Of a stretch of DNA of 32,000 bases, positions 7,101-16,002 are shown piece by piece. Source of the stretch: Acidothermus cellulolyticus 11B (GTDB lineage: Bacteria > Actinomycetota > Actinomycetes > Acidothermales > Acidothermaceae); contig NC_008578.1 of the NCBI RefSeq assembly GCF_000015025.1, positions 1,680,001 to 1,712,000 of the forward strand. Direction: 5' to 3'. Positions within the stretch are counted from its first letter, which is position 1. Each line of letters starts with the position of its first letter. Below the pieces are notes generated by a model. That model searched no databases and was not told the DNA's origin. It saw only the letters and a list, made by a program, of their open reading frames with translations. Both the position numbers and the translations under genes were made by a program.

Positions 7101-8805
7101 CCCTGCCCGTGCCTTCGCGCGGTTCTTGCCGTCCTGGCAGCACGTACGCCGTCCGCTGACCGGCGTCGACGGTCTGTACGCCGTCATCGAGCAACTCCGG
7201 GGAGCGCGTCTTCCGGCGTCCGAATTGGAACAGGCCATCCTGGCACGGCGGATTGCCGGGTACCACCCGGCGCTGCTCGACGAACTCACCGCAAGCGGCG
7301 CGGTGACCTGGACGGGTGCCGGGGCACGAACGGGTTCCGGAACACGCGGCGCCGGCGCCCGATCGGGCGCCGGCACGAACGGGCCCGCCGACGGCTGGAT
7401 CGTGCTCTGCCCCACCGACGCGGCGGCGTCCCTGCTGCCGCCGCCGATGCCGCTGGACGAACTGCCGGTTCTGCATCGTCACGTCGTCGATTTGCTTGCG
7501 TCGTCCGGTGCGCTGTTCTTCCGGACCATCGCCGACCGGGTGCGCTGCCTCGACGATCAGGAGCTCGAACGCGCCTTGTGGGATCTGGTCTTCGCCGGCT
7601 GGCTGACCAACGACACCCTTGCCCCCCTGCGAGCCCGGTTGACGCAACGACCCGGCAGCCGGCCACGCGGCCGGCCTATCCTGCCCTCGCGTCTCGGCCC
7701 GCCGACGGCCGCCGGCCGCTGGAGCCTGATCGGTGCGCGGGAATCCGACGAGGAACGCCGGGCGCGGGCGCTGGCCCAGGCGCTTCTCGACCGGTACGGG
7801 GTGGCCGCCAGACCGGTTGTCGAAGCCGAGAACGTGCGCGGCGGCTTCGGCGGCATCTACCCGGTCCTCGCGACGATGGAGGCTGCCGGCGCCTGCCGGC
7901 GCGGCTACTTCGTCACGGCTCTTGGCGGCGCCCAATTCGGCGTCAGTGGGGCAATCGACGCCTTGCGCGCGGCGAACCGGGAGACCGCCGGGCCGCTGGT
8001 TCTGGCCGCGGCTGACCCCGCGAACCCCTACGGCGCCGCATTGCCGTGGCCGGAGGGAAGCAGCGGCCGAGTCGGACGGCGTCCCGAAGCGTGGGTCGTC
8101 ACCGTCGACGGCGCGCCGGTGCTGTACGTCGAGAGCGGCGGCCGCGGCATCGACGTCCTCACCGCCGACGCAGACGCTCTCCTCGCCGCAATCGAGGCGC
8201 TCGCCGCCAGTGTCCGAGCCGGCGAAACCGGCCGGCTGCAGCTCGAGCGGGTCAACGGCCGGCCCATCCTCGGCACACCGCTCGCGGAGACGTTACGCGA
8301 CAAGGGATTTCGGCCCACCCCCCCGGGGCTTTGCCCTCTCGGCCGAGCACTGGTGAGCCGAAGGGGTTCGGTTTTATCTGGCCGTGACGGTTTCCCGGCG
8401 TGCGGGGTCTCTCAGCGTGCGGAACCGGGGAAACCGGCTCATCGGCGTCCCACACGCCGGACCACGGGTCACACCGGAACGGTGAGCCGATCCGACGGAC
8501 TCGGCCGGTCGTCGTCCGGATGCGTGACGGCATCGGTGTTGGCAGCGGCAACCAGCGTTTCGGTAAGTGCCGCGGTGAGTCGATCGTCGACCGACGCGCC
8601 GTCGCCGCCCCGCCGGGTCACCCGCTCCCGGCGCCGGCCATCGGCGTCCGGCTCGTACGACGGCATCTGCGCTGCCTCGAGAACCCGCAGCTCGTCACTC
8701 ACCTCACGCAGCACGTCCGACAAGTGGACGCCCAGCGCATCGCAGATGGCCGCGAGCAGCTCGGACGACGCCTCTTTCTGGCCGCGTTCAATCTCGGAGA
8801 GGTAG
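4180..8805 (+). CDS. lhr: Lhr-family ATP-dependent DEAD/DEAH-box helicase (large helicase-related protein). The 3' end as written is probably frameshifted; the canonical stop is expected at 8354-8356.
   Basis: Helicase motifs are present: motif I APTGSGKT, motif [22 protein letters not shown], motif [11 protein letters not shown] long C-terminal Lhr-type region ends ...[25 protein letters not shown]. After the C7 run at 8318-8324 the sequence becomes low-complexity Ser/Arg-rich and runs antisense into clgR. Confidence 0.92.
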   Translation: MTGEPLEVFTPLLRRWFTTTFGAPTAAQAEAWRVIAGGDHALLIAPTGSGKTLAAFLWSIHRLLTEPRAEPPAARVLYVSPLRALAADIERNLRAPLTAIRRLATETGVQLPDIRIGVRTGDTPSAQRRALVKNPPDILITTPESLFLLLTSQARDMLRGVDTVIIDEIHALAGNKRGAHLALSMERLEALLRRPAQRIGLSATVRPPAEAARFLGGGRPVRVIHPSARKELDIRVSVPVADMTSPPDPPPGAADEPDADTPARSSIWPHIVTRLVDLITAHRSTIVFTNSRRLAERLTAQLNDEAARRGIPGELARAHHGSVSREQRHVTEELLKSGRIPAVVATSSLELGIDMGAVDLVVHAEPPPSVAAAMQRFGRAGHQRDAVSRGIIFPKHRSQLIPAAVVVERMRDGRIEAVRVPENPLDVLAQQLVAMAATDDWSDDDMFTLVRRAAPFHTLRPNVFDAVLAMLAGRYASDDFAQFKARIDWDRSSGRVTARPGARLLAVTNAGTIPDRGQYTVVLAGADKPTRVGELDEEMVYESRPGTVFTLGSAQWRIVDITADRVVVVPAPGAAAIPPFWHGDAPARPFDLGRAIGETLRVLSSTDQVTATAALRDAGFDELAVNNALRYLADQRAATGVVPDDQTIVVEWFRDEVGDWRLVVHSPFGGQVHAPWALAIAARIRQRYGIETAVMHADDGIVARLPAADRPPDLDLVTIDPDEAADAIRGELTNSALFAAKFRECAARALLLPRRFPQRRTPLWQQRQRAAQLLSAAVDLPDFPIVLEAVRECWHEVFDVPGLQRILRDIAAHRIAVVGVETPVPSPFARSLLFGYLAAYLYENDVPPAERKVHALALDSALLTQLLGEHDFAEILDPGIVAAVEQELASLPQSPTPTLDDAVRAFAARRGPFSRRDLAAALAADDRQLDAVLDHFVTTGVLVRSGAGEYCDADILRTLRRRSLAKLRAEIEPVPARAFARFLPSWQHVRRPLTGVDGLYAVIEQLRGARLPASELEQAILARRIAGYHPALLDELTASGAVTWTGAGARTGSGTRGAGARSGAGTNGPADGWIVLCPTDAAASLLPPPMPLDELPVLHRHVVDLLASSGALFFRTIADRVRCLDDQELERALWDLVFAGWLTNDTLAPLRARLTQRPGSRPRGRPILPSRLGPPTAAGRWSLIGARESDEERRARALAQALLDRYGVAARPVVEAENVRGGFGGIYPVLATMEAAGACRRGYFVTALGGAQFGVSGAIDALRAANRETAGPLVLAAADPANPYGAALPWPEGSSGRVGRRPEAWVVTVDGAPVLYVESGGRGIDVLTADADALLAAIEALAASVRAGETGRLQLERVNGRPILGTPLAETLRDKGFRPTPPGLCPLGRALVSRRGSVLSGRDGFPACGVSQRAEPGKPAHRRPTRRTTGHTGTVSRSDGLGRSSSGCVTASVLAAATSVSVSAAVSRSSTDAPSPPRRVTRSRRRPSASGSYDGICAASRTRSSSLTSRSTSDKWTPSASQMAASSSDDASFWPRSISER
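8356..8377 (+). terminator. Candidate intrinsic terminator immediately after the alternative (corrected-frame) lhr stop
   Basis: AGCCGAA-GGGG-TTCGGTT followed by TTAT. The stem is 7 bp including one G-U pair and begins at the last base of TGA 8354-8356. Confidence 0.35.
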
Positions 8806-8909
8806 CCGAGCGAGACCCGGGCTTCCGCTGAGACGTCGCGCAGGGTGCGCTCCTGGCGCAACCGGTGGCGACGCAGCGCATCGCCGATCAGCCTTCGCAG
8901 CAGGATCAA
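8469..8909 (-). CDS. clgR: ClgR-like XRE-family HTH transcriptional regulator
   Basis: [61 protein letters not shown] matches the ClgR signature (...[33 protein letters not shown]). I chose the TTG start at 8909 because AAGGAGG lies 5 nt upstream and the N-terminal length then matches mycobacterial ClgR. The longest ORF starts at ATG 8981 and has no SD. Confidence 0.85.
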   Translation of the reverse strand: MILLRRLIGDALRRHRLRQERTLRDVSAEARVSLGYLSEIERGQKEASSELLAAICDALGVHLSDVLREVSDELRVLEAAQMPSYEPDADGRRRERVTRRGGDGASVDDRLTAALTETLVAAANTDAVTHPDDDRPSPSDRLTVPV

Positions 8910-9034
8910 CGCGCCCTCCTTGTCGGACTCCGGCTGCGCCGCTGGTCGTCGCAGCCGCACTTTCACCGTACCCCGTCCCATCGGCAGATCGTGCCGGCGA
9001 GTGGATGACTTCGCCGGTTCTGCTTCCGGTTCCG

Positions 9035-10318
9035 CTAGCTTCGACGCCGGCGCAGCTGGGGTTCCGGGGGAAGGTTGAGCAGCCGCCGGCGCAGCAAGTC
9101 CAGCGCGATATTCACCGCCTGCCGCCGAATGCGCTGGCGATCCCCGGAGAGGTGCACGTCGCGGACCGTCGGTCCACCCTCTGCCGTAACCGCCACGTAG
9201 ACCGTCCCCACCGGCTTGCCGTCCTGGCGGGCCGGTCCAGCGACACCGGTGGTCGCGACACCGTACGTCGCACCGAGCCGGCTTCGGATGCTCTCCGCCA
9301 TCACGACCGCCACCTCGGGATCAACTACCCCGCGAGCGGCGATCAGCTCCGGTGCAAGTCCCAACAGCTCGACTTTCGCAGCCACCGTGTAGCCGATCAC
9401 ACCTCCGCGGTACACGTCCGACGCTCCCGGCGTCTCGGTGAGCGCAGCTCCGACGAGACCCCCGGTGAGCGACTCCGCGGTTGCCACCGTCGCACCAGCG
9501 TCCGTCAAGAGGCGGTGCACGACGGCCTCGATCGTGTCGGAGTCCGCGCCATAGACGGCGTCACCGAGCGCAATCCGAGCCCGCTCTTCGACCTCGGCGA
9601 TCATTGCGGCGGCAAGGTCCCGGTTCGCTGCCTTGGCGCTGATCCGCACCCTGGTCTGCCCCTCGGAGGCAAGGTAGGCCAGCGTGGGATTGCCACGCAG
9701 CGCAAGCTCCGCGTCAAGGTCGGCCAGGGCGTCGGCCACCTCCGACTCCCAGACCCCGATCGTCCGCAGCACCCGGGAGAGGAGCACGGTTCCGGGGCCC
9801 GCACGCTCCGCCAGCTCCGGGGCAACCCACCGCCGGAAGATTTCCCGCATCTCCCCCGGCACTCCGGGAAGCGCGAAAATCACGGCATTGCCGACGGTCA
9901 TCCGCAGCCCGGGCGCCGTCCCTGCGGGATTCGGCAACGGCACGGCCCCGTGGGGCCGGTCCGCCATCCGCAGGTTCATCGGCGGAAAATCGGCCCGTCC
10001 CAGTGCGGCGTACCGGGCCCGCAGCGCCGCCTCGATCTCCGGGTCCCGCTCCAACGGGACGCCGGCAAGCTCCGCCAGTGCCTCGCGCGTCAGGTCATCC
10101 TGGGTGGGACCGAGCCCGCCGGTGGCGACCACGACATCGGCGCGACGCGTTGCAGCGCCGAGCACCTCCGCGATGCGCGCGACGTTGTCGCCGACCACCG
10201 CCATCTGCTCGACGTCGACGCCGAGTTCAGCAAGCGCCTGACCGAGCCAGGCGGCGTTGCCGTTAACGATGTCACCGAGAAGGAGCTCGGTGCCGATCGC
10301 GACGACCTCAGCCTTCAC
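9035..10318 (-). CDS. cinA: CinA (competence/damage-inducible protein A) with C-terminal nicotinamide-nucleotide amidase domain
   Basis: The N-terminus [33 protein letters not shown] is MoCF-binding-like. The C-terminal domain carries [31 protein letters not shown]. The start codon is GTG. Confidence 0.93.
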
Positions 10319-10336
10319 CGTGCCGACCCCGATGCG

Positions 10337-10999
10337 TCACGACTGCGCGATCGTCGCGCGAACCGCCGCGGCCTCCGACCGCTGCCGCCTGCGCACCCGG
10401 ATCGCCCGGTACAGGTAGTTGACGCCGGTCACCACGGTGATCGCAACTGCGATCATCATCACCCAGAAGCGGGCGGTGCCCCAGACTCCGGAGACCGGCA
10501 GCAAATACAGCCCGATCGCCACCGCCTGCGCGACGGTCTTGGCCTTGGCGGCCTGGCTCGCGGCAAGCACGCCGCCGCTGCTCGCCGCCGCCACCCCGTT
10601 GCGAATCACCCAGAACCGGAGCGCGGTCACGCCGAACTCCCGACCGAGAATCACCGCCGTCACCCACCACGGCAACGCCCCGATCGCCGACAGGCCGATG
10701 AGCGCCGCACCGATCAACGCCTTGTCCGCGATCGGATCTGCGATCTTTCCGAAGGTCGTAATCAACGCCCGGCGTCTTGCGATCTCGCCGTCCACCCGGT
10801 CAGTGAGCGATGCGATGACGAAGACCCCGGTGGCTGCGTACCGCCACTGCGGATGCGCGGTGCCGTCAGCGCCAAAGGCGAGCAGGACGGCGAAGACGGG
10901 AACGAGGAGGAGCCGGACGGTGGTGAGACCGTTGGCGAGGTTCGCGATACCCACCGGGGGTGGGGTCGAGGACGGTGATCTCCGCTGCGGGTCGGGCAT
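10337..10999 (-). CDS. pgsA: CDP-diacylglycerol--glycerol-3-phosphate 3-phosphatidyltransferase
   Basis: The CDP-alcohol phosphatidyltransferase motif DRVDGEIARRRALITTFGKIADPIADK is present with multiple hydrophobic helices. The ATG shares one base with the rimO stop (TAATG). Confidence 0.93.
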   Translation of the reverse strand: MPDPQRRSPSSTPPPVGIANLANGLTTVRLLLVPVFAVLLAFGADGTAHPQWRYAATGVFVIASLTDRVDGEIARRRALITTFGKIADPIADKALIGAALIGLSAIGALPWWVTAVILGREFGVTALRFWVIRNGVAAASSGGVLAASQAAKAKTVAQAVAIGLYLLPVSGVWGTARFWVMMIAVAITVVTGVNYLYRAIRVRRRQRSEAAAVRATIAQS

Positions 11000-12426
11000 T
11001 ACCCCTCCACCGTTGCGCCGGACGGCGTCCCAGCCGTTGAACCCGTCACCGGAGCCGCGAGGAAATCCACCCCGTCGATTTCGACGATCTCGGCTCGGAC
11101 CAGCGCGCCGCGGGCCGCGGAGCAGTCGCGGAGCACGGTGACCCCGTCGACGTCGACGGCTTGCACCTCCGTATAGCCGTAACAGGCGTCCGGCCGGTCG
11201 TCGTCCACGCCGTCGATGAGGACGTCGACGGTCTCGCCAAGGCGGGCGCGGGCCCGGTCCGCGGTCACCTCCTCGGCGATGCCGGCAATGTCGTCGACGC
11301 GGGACCGGATTTCCTGTTCGGGAATCTTCTCCGGGAATCCGGAGGCCTCGGTGCCGTCTTCGTCGGAATATCCGAAGACGCCGATGCCGTCCAGCCGGGC
11401 GGCGCGGAGGAATTCCCCAAGTTCGGCGACGTCCTCCTCGGTTTCGCCGGGAAATCCGACGATGACATTGGAACGAACGGCCGCCCGCGGATTGCGGCGT
11501 CGAATCTCGGCAAGGAGGTTGAGAAATTCCTCGCTCCCGCCGAACCGGCGCATCCGGCGCAGCACGCGCGGACTCGCATGTTGGAACGACAGGTCGAAGT
11601 ACGGCGCGACGTGCGGGGCGGTCGCGATGACGTCGATCAGGGCCGGGCGAACCTCCGCCGGCTGCAGATAGGTGACACGCACGCGCACCAATCCGTCGAC
11701 GCCGCCGAATGCGGCGAGCAGCTTCTCCAGCGCAAAGGGGTCACCGAGATCTTTGCCGTAGGAGGTGGAATTCTCGCTGACCAGCACGATTTCGCGCGCG
11801 CCGTGATCGGCGAGCCACTGCGCTTCGCGCAGGATGTCGGCCGGCGGCCGGGAGACGAACGCGCCGCGGAACGACGGAATCGCGCAGAACGTGCAGCGCC
11901 GGTCACAGCCGGAGGCGATTTTCAGCGGCGCGACCGGGGAATCGTCCAGCCGATGGCGCAGCACCCGGGGTCCGCCGAGGTGGCCGGGAATGCCAACCTC
12001 GGCCGCGGCGCGCGGGCGATCCACCGGTGTCAGAGGCAGCAGCGTGCGACGGTCCCGCGGTGTGTGGGGGGCGGGCGGCCGGCCGGCGAGCACATCCTCC
12101 AGCCGCTGCGCGATCACGGGATAGTCGTCGAACGACAGGATGGTCGCCTCGGGCATCGCGTCGGCGAGCGCGGCTCCGTACCGCTCGGCGAGGCAGCCTA
12201 CCGCGACCACCCGGGTGGAACCGTCGGCGGCCTCCAGCAAGGTGTCGATCGACTCCTGCTTCGCCGCTTCGATGAAACCGCAGGTGTTCACCACGGTGAC
12301 GTCGGCGGACGGCGCCTCGGTGAGCCGCCAGCCGGCGTCGACGAGCCGGGCCGCGAGCTCTTCGGCGTCCACGTCGTTGCGCGCGCAGCCGAGGCGGATC
12401 AACCGGACGGTACGCGAGGCGGGCAC
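10999..12426 (-). CDS. rimO: Ribosomal protein S12 methylthiotransferase RimO (radical SAM MiaB/RimO family)
   Basis: The N-terminus is [22 protein letters not shown]...VVNTCGFI. The radical-SAM cluster motif [14 protein letters not shown] and a C-terminal TRAM-like region are present. The position upstream of pgsA matches other actinobacteria. Confidence 0.9.
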   Translation of the reverse strand: MPASRTVRLIRLGCARNDVDAEELAARLVDAGWRLTEAPSADVTVVNTCGFIEAAKQESIDTLLEAADGSTRVVAVGCLAERYGAALADAMPEATILSFDDYPVIAQRLEDVLAGRPPAPHTPRDRRTLLPLTPVDRPRAAAEVGIPGHLGGPRVLRHRLDDSPVAPLKIASGCDRRCTFCAIPSFRGAFVSRPPADILREAQWLADHGAREIVLVSENSTSYGKDLGDPFALEKLLAAFGGVDGLVRVRVTYLQPAEVRPALIDVIATAPHVAPYFDLSFQHASPRVLRRMRRFGGSEEFLNLLAEIRRRNPRAAVRSNVIVGFPGETEEDVAELGEFLRAARLDGIGVFGYSDEDGTEASGFPEKIPEQEIRSRVDDIAGIAEEVTADRARARLGETVDVLIDGVDDDRPDACYGYTEVQAVDVDGVTVLRDCSAARGALVRAEIVEIDGVDFLAAPVTGSTAGTPSGATVEG

Positions 12427-12451
12427 GGGTGCAGCCTACCGAGCTGCGCGG

Positions 12452-13273
12452 TCAGCCCTGACCGACGTTCGGCGGTCCCGGCCCGAAGGTGAACGCGGCG
12501 ACGTCGTTGGTACTCGGCGGCGCGCCGATCTCCACCCCATTGACGACCAGATCGGTAGCTGGCGCGTTACCCAGTTTCAGGTAGATCTGTTGTGGATCAG
12601 TGAAAGTCTGGACGTCCCCCGGATTCATGATCCCCTGGTAGAGCGTGGTGCCATCCGAAGCGCGAGCCAGGACCCAGCATTTGGCCGTCGTCACCCGGAC
12701 GACGACCTTCACGCCGGCCTCGGCGACCGCACTCGACGGCGCCCCGGTCGGTGGCGGCGACGGGGAACCGGAGGACGGCACCGCGCTGATGGACGGTGTC
12801 GCGGCTGCCGACGGGCTCGGCCCCGACGCGCTGGACGGCGCACCCACCGGACCTGACGCCCGGGACGGCGTGCGGCCGTGGCTGGTCAGCAGTTGGGCCC
12901 CGACCGCGACAATGATCACGACGAGCAGGGCGGCGAGAGCGAGCGATCCCCAACTGGTCCGGCGCAGCTCCTGCGTGCGGGCAATCAACTTGCTGGCGGT
13001 CTCCACCTCGGCAAGCTTGGCGGTGACGTCGTCGTCTTCATTCCGGCCGTACCTCGCGTCGTACTCGGCGAGCAGCGGCGCGGGATCGATCCCGACGACG
13101 CCGGCGAGCGTCCGCAGGTGCGCACGAGCGTAGAAGTGCCCGCCGCAGAGGGAGAAATCGTCGTTCTCCATCGCCCGGATGACACTGGCCCGCAGCCGGG
13201 TACGAGCCGCGACGTCCTCAATGGACAGACCCGCGCGTTCCCGGGCTTCGGCGAGGCTCTGACCGATCGACAC
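12452..13273 (-). CDS. RodZ-like helix-turn-helix membrane protein with C-terminal DUF4115-type domain
   Basis: The N-terminal HTH is SIGQSLAEARERAGLSIEDVAARTRLRASVIRAMENDDF. A TM helix (LALAALLVVIIVAVGAQLL) and a Ser/Pro-rich linker follow. The conserved C-terminal domain reads ...VVVRVTTAKCWVLARASDGTTLYQGIMNPGDVQTF. Confidence 0.8.
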   Translation of the reverse strand: MSIGQSLAEARERAGLSIEDVAARTRLRASVIRAMENDDFSLCGGHFYARAHLRTLAGVVGIDPAPLLAEYDARYGRNEDDDVTAKLAEVETASKLIARTQELRRTSWGSLALAALLVVIIVAVGAQLLTSHGRTPSRASGPVGAPSSASGPSPSAAATPSISAVPSSGSPSPPPTGAPSSAVAEAGVKVVVRVTTAKCWVLARASDGTTLYQGIMNPGDVQTFTDPQQIYLKLGNAPATDLVVNGVEIGAPPSTNDVAAFTFGPGPPNVGQG

Positions 13274-13397
13274 GACGACTCCCTGACCGATGGGCGGACG
13301 GCGGGCACTGTCGGGTGGTGCGGTTCGGGGGAATTTCTCGATACCGGGAATTTCCCCCGGTGCTCCGGGAGCAATTCCGCTATCGAGTTCGCGCCCG

Positions 13398-13426
13398 AGT
13401 CTATGCCGTCATCGTCGTCTCGACAA
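13398..13426 (-). promoter_or_regulatory. Candidate sigma-70-type promoter for the RodZ-like/rimO/pgsA/cinA unit
   Basis: On the minus strand: TTGTCG, 17 nt spacer, TAGACT. It lies about 125 nt upstream of the GTG at 13273. This is a pattern match only. Confidence 0.3.
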
Positions 13427-13462
13427 AATTCCCCGGATCTTGACGGCCGCCAGGCGGGACCA

Positions 13463-15973
13463 TCAATTCCCGCGGAGGGTGGCGAGGATCGACGGCAGGT
13501 CGTCCGGTTTCACCAAGACGTCGCGGGCCTTGGAGCCCTCACTCGGACCGACGATCCCGCGCGTCTCCATGAGATCCATGAGCCGGCCCGCCTTCGCGAA
13601 ACCGACGCGGAGCTTGCGCTGCAGCATCGAGGTCGAACCGAATTGGGTCGTGACGACCAGCTCGACGGCCTGGCAGAGGAGGTCGAGATCGTCGCCGATG
13701 TCGTCGTCGAGAGCGCGCCGCGCGGGTGACTCGGCGAGCAGGTCGTCCCGGTAGGTCGGTTGCATCTGCTGCTTGCAGTGGGCGACGACGGCCTGCACTT
13801 CGCTCTCGGTGACGAACGCGCCTTGCAGGCGGAGCGGCTTGCTGGCCCCCATCGGCAGGAAGAGCGCGTCGCCGAGTCCGACGAGTTTCTCGGCCCCCGG
13901 CTGGTCGAGGATGACCCGGCTGTCGGCAAGGCTGGAGGTGGCGAACGCCAGCCGGGACGGCACGTTCGCCTTGATCAGACCGGTGACGACGTCGACGCTC
14001 GGGCGCTGGGTGGCAAGGACAAGGTGAATGCCGGCGGCCCGCGCAAGCTGGGTGATGCGCACGATCGCGTCTTCGACGTCCCGCGGGGCGACCATCATGA
14101 GGTCGGCGAGCTCATCGACGATCACCAGCAGGTACGGGTACGGCCGGTACACCCGCTCACTGCCGGGCGGCGGCCGGAGCTGACCCTTCCGCACCGCCCG
14201 GTTGAAGTCGTCGATGTGCCGGAAACCGGATGCCGCGAGATCGTCGTACCGCATCTCCATCTCGCGGACCACCCATTGGAGGGCCTCGGCGGCCTTCTTC
14301 GGGCTGGTGATGATCGGCGCCACCAGGTGCGGAATTCCGTCGTAGTGCGAGAGTTCAACGCGCTTGGGGTCGACGAGGACCATCCGCACCTCGTCCGGGG
14401 TCGCCCGGGTGAGGATGGACGTGACGATCGTGTTGATGCAGGTGGATTTCCCGGAGCCGGTGGCACCGGCGACCAGAAGGTGCGGCATCTTGGCGAGGTT
14501 TGCGCAAATGTAGCGCCCCTCGACGTCCTTGCCGAGGCCGACGACCATCGGATGGTGATCCGAGGTGGCGGCCGGTGACCGCAGCACGTCGCCGAGGCTC
14601 ACGAGGTCCCGGTCGGCGTTCGGGATTTCGATGCCGATCGCGGATTTGCCGGGGATCGGCGAGAGGATGCGGACATCGGCGCTCGCCACCGCATAGGCGA
14701 TGTTCTTCGACAGCGCGGTGACCCGTTCCACCTTCACGCCCGGACCCAACTCGACCTCGTAACGGGTCACCGTCGGGCCTCGGGTGAATCCCGTGACCGT
14801 CGCGTCGATGCCGAACTGTTGGAGGACGTCGGTCAGCGCCGCGACGACCGTCTCGTTGGCCCGGGTCCGCGGTTTGGCGGGCGTGCCTTCCCGGAGCAGC
14901 GTCGGCGGCGGCAGGTGGTAGGTGATGTCGCCGGAGAGCAGGAGTTGCTCGGCGCGCGGCCACGGCTTGTCGCGGCGGGCGGCCGACGAGCCGTCAGCGG
15001 CCGCCGATGTCGTCGAGTGACCCTCCACGCCCGCCGGAACGGCTGGATCGGCGGTGGACGGCCGGCCGCCCGGTTCCACCGTGCCCGGCTCGGGCGCCGA
15101 CCCGGAACTCCCGCCGACCAGCGGGGTATCGAACGGGCGGGATTCCGCAGTGTCGTCAGCGTCGTCGGTGGTTGTGGGCCGGCGTGCCCGCCTCGGTCTT
15201 GCCGCTGCTCCTGCCGGGGCCGGCGGGTTCGCCGCTGGTACCGCCGTCCGGCGGCGCAGGCGATCCCGCAGCTCGGCGATTCGGCGCGGTATCGCGTTGA
15301 CCGGCGTCGCCGTGACCACGAGCACGCCGAAGAGTGCGACAAGCACGAGCAGCGGTACGGCGATCCAGCTGCTCAGGCCGGCAACCAGCGGGGCCGCAAC
15401 AAGGAAGCCGATCAGGCCGCCGGCGGTGCGCATCGCGTGCGCGCCATGGGACGGGTCCGGTGTGCCGGCCGCGATGTGCAGGAGGCCGAGGACGCCGACA
15501 CCGAGCGCAACCCATCCGACGAGGAGGCGACCCTCGCCGACCGGTCGCTGCGGATGGCGGAGAATCCGCCAGGCCAACGCGGCGAGACCTACCGGTACGG
15601 CGTACGACGCCGCGCCGACCGCACCGGCGACGATGGCGACCGTCACTGCGCCGACCGGGTTCGGCAGCCGCCACCAGAGCGCGCCTCCGGTGACGATCGC
15701 CAATCCCAGCACGGCGAGACCGAATCCGTCCCGGCGATGGGTTGGATCGAGATCACGCGCGCGGTGTCCGATCAGCCGGACGGCGCCGCCGACCAGATGG
15801 GCGAGCCCCAACCAGAGAGCGCGAATCAGCCGCAGAATGACCCGCAGCGCCGGCGGCATGCGCCGGTTCCGGCGCCGGGACGCCGGGCGCGCCGGCGTCC
15901 GGGGGCGGGTCGGGGCACGGGTCACCACGGTCCCCGACGGTACCCCAGAGGTCACATCACGCGCAGGCGTCAC
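13463..15973 (-). CDS. ftsK: DNA translocase FtsK
   Basis: N-terminal membrane helices and a Pro/Ala/Arg-rich linker precede the motor domain. The motor has Walker A GATGSGKS and Walker B LLVIVDELADLMM. The C-terminal gamma winged helix reads TQFGSTSMLQRKLRVGFAKAGRLMDLME. The start codon is uncertain (GTG 15973 is the longest ORF). Confidence 0.96.
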   Translation of the reverse strand: MTPARDVTSGVPSGTVVTRAPTRPRTPARPASRRRNRRMPPALRVILRLIRALWLGLAHLVGGAVRLIGHRARDLDPTHRRDGFGLAVLGLAIVTGGALWWRLPNPVGAVTVAIVAGAVGAASYAVPVGLAALAWRILRHPQRPVGEGRLLVGWVALGVGVLGLLHIAAGTPDPSHGAHAMRTAGGLIGFLVAAPLVAGLSSWIAVPLLVLVALFGVLVVTATPVNAIPRRIAELRDRLRRRTAVPAANPPAPAGAAARPRRARRPTTTDDADDTAESRPFDTPLVGGSSGSAPEPGTVEPGGRPSTADPAVPAGVEGHSTTSAAADGSSAARRDKPWPRAEQLLLSGDITYHLPPPTLLREGTPAKPRTRANETVVAALTDVLQQFGIDATVTGFTRGPTVTRYEVELGPGVKVERVTALSKNIAYAVASADVRILSPIPGKSAIGIEIPNADRDLVSLGDVLRSPAATSDHHPMVVGLGKDVEGRYICANLAKMPHLLVAGATGSGKSTCINTIVTSILTRATPDEVRMVLVDPKRVELSHYDGIPHLVAPIITSPKKAAEALQWVVREMEMRYDDLAASGFRHIDDFNRAVRKGQLRPPPGSERVYRPYPYLLVIVDELADLMMVAPRDVEDAIVRITQLARAAGIHLVLATQRPSVDVVTGLIKANVPSRLAFATSSLADSRVILDQPGAEKLVGLGDALFLPMGASKPLRLQGAFVTESEVQAVVAHCKQQMQPTYRDDLLAESPARRALDDDIGDDLDLLCQAVELVVTTQFGSTSMLQRKLRVGFAKAGRLMDLMETRGIVGPSEGSKARDVLVKPDDLPSILATLRGN

Positions 15974-16002
15974 ACGCCGAACAGGCGGAACTTCACCCTC
16001 GG

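Noticed and set aside
9005-10978. A 657-aa plus-strand ORF spanning cinA and pgsA. There are similar long ORFs at 16144-18045, 22595-24316, 2621-3955, 2976-4283 and 14819-16048.
   Set aside because: These are shadow ORFs on the strand opposite genes with unmistakable family motifs. Their products are Arg/Pro/Gly-rich with no recognisable domains. Long stop-free antisense frames are expected at this GC content.
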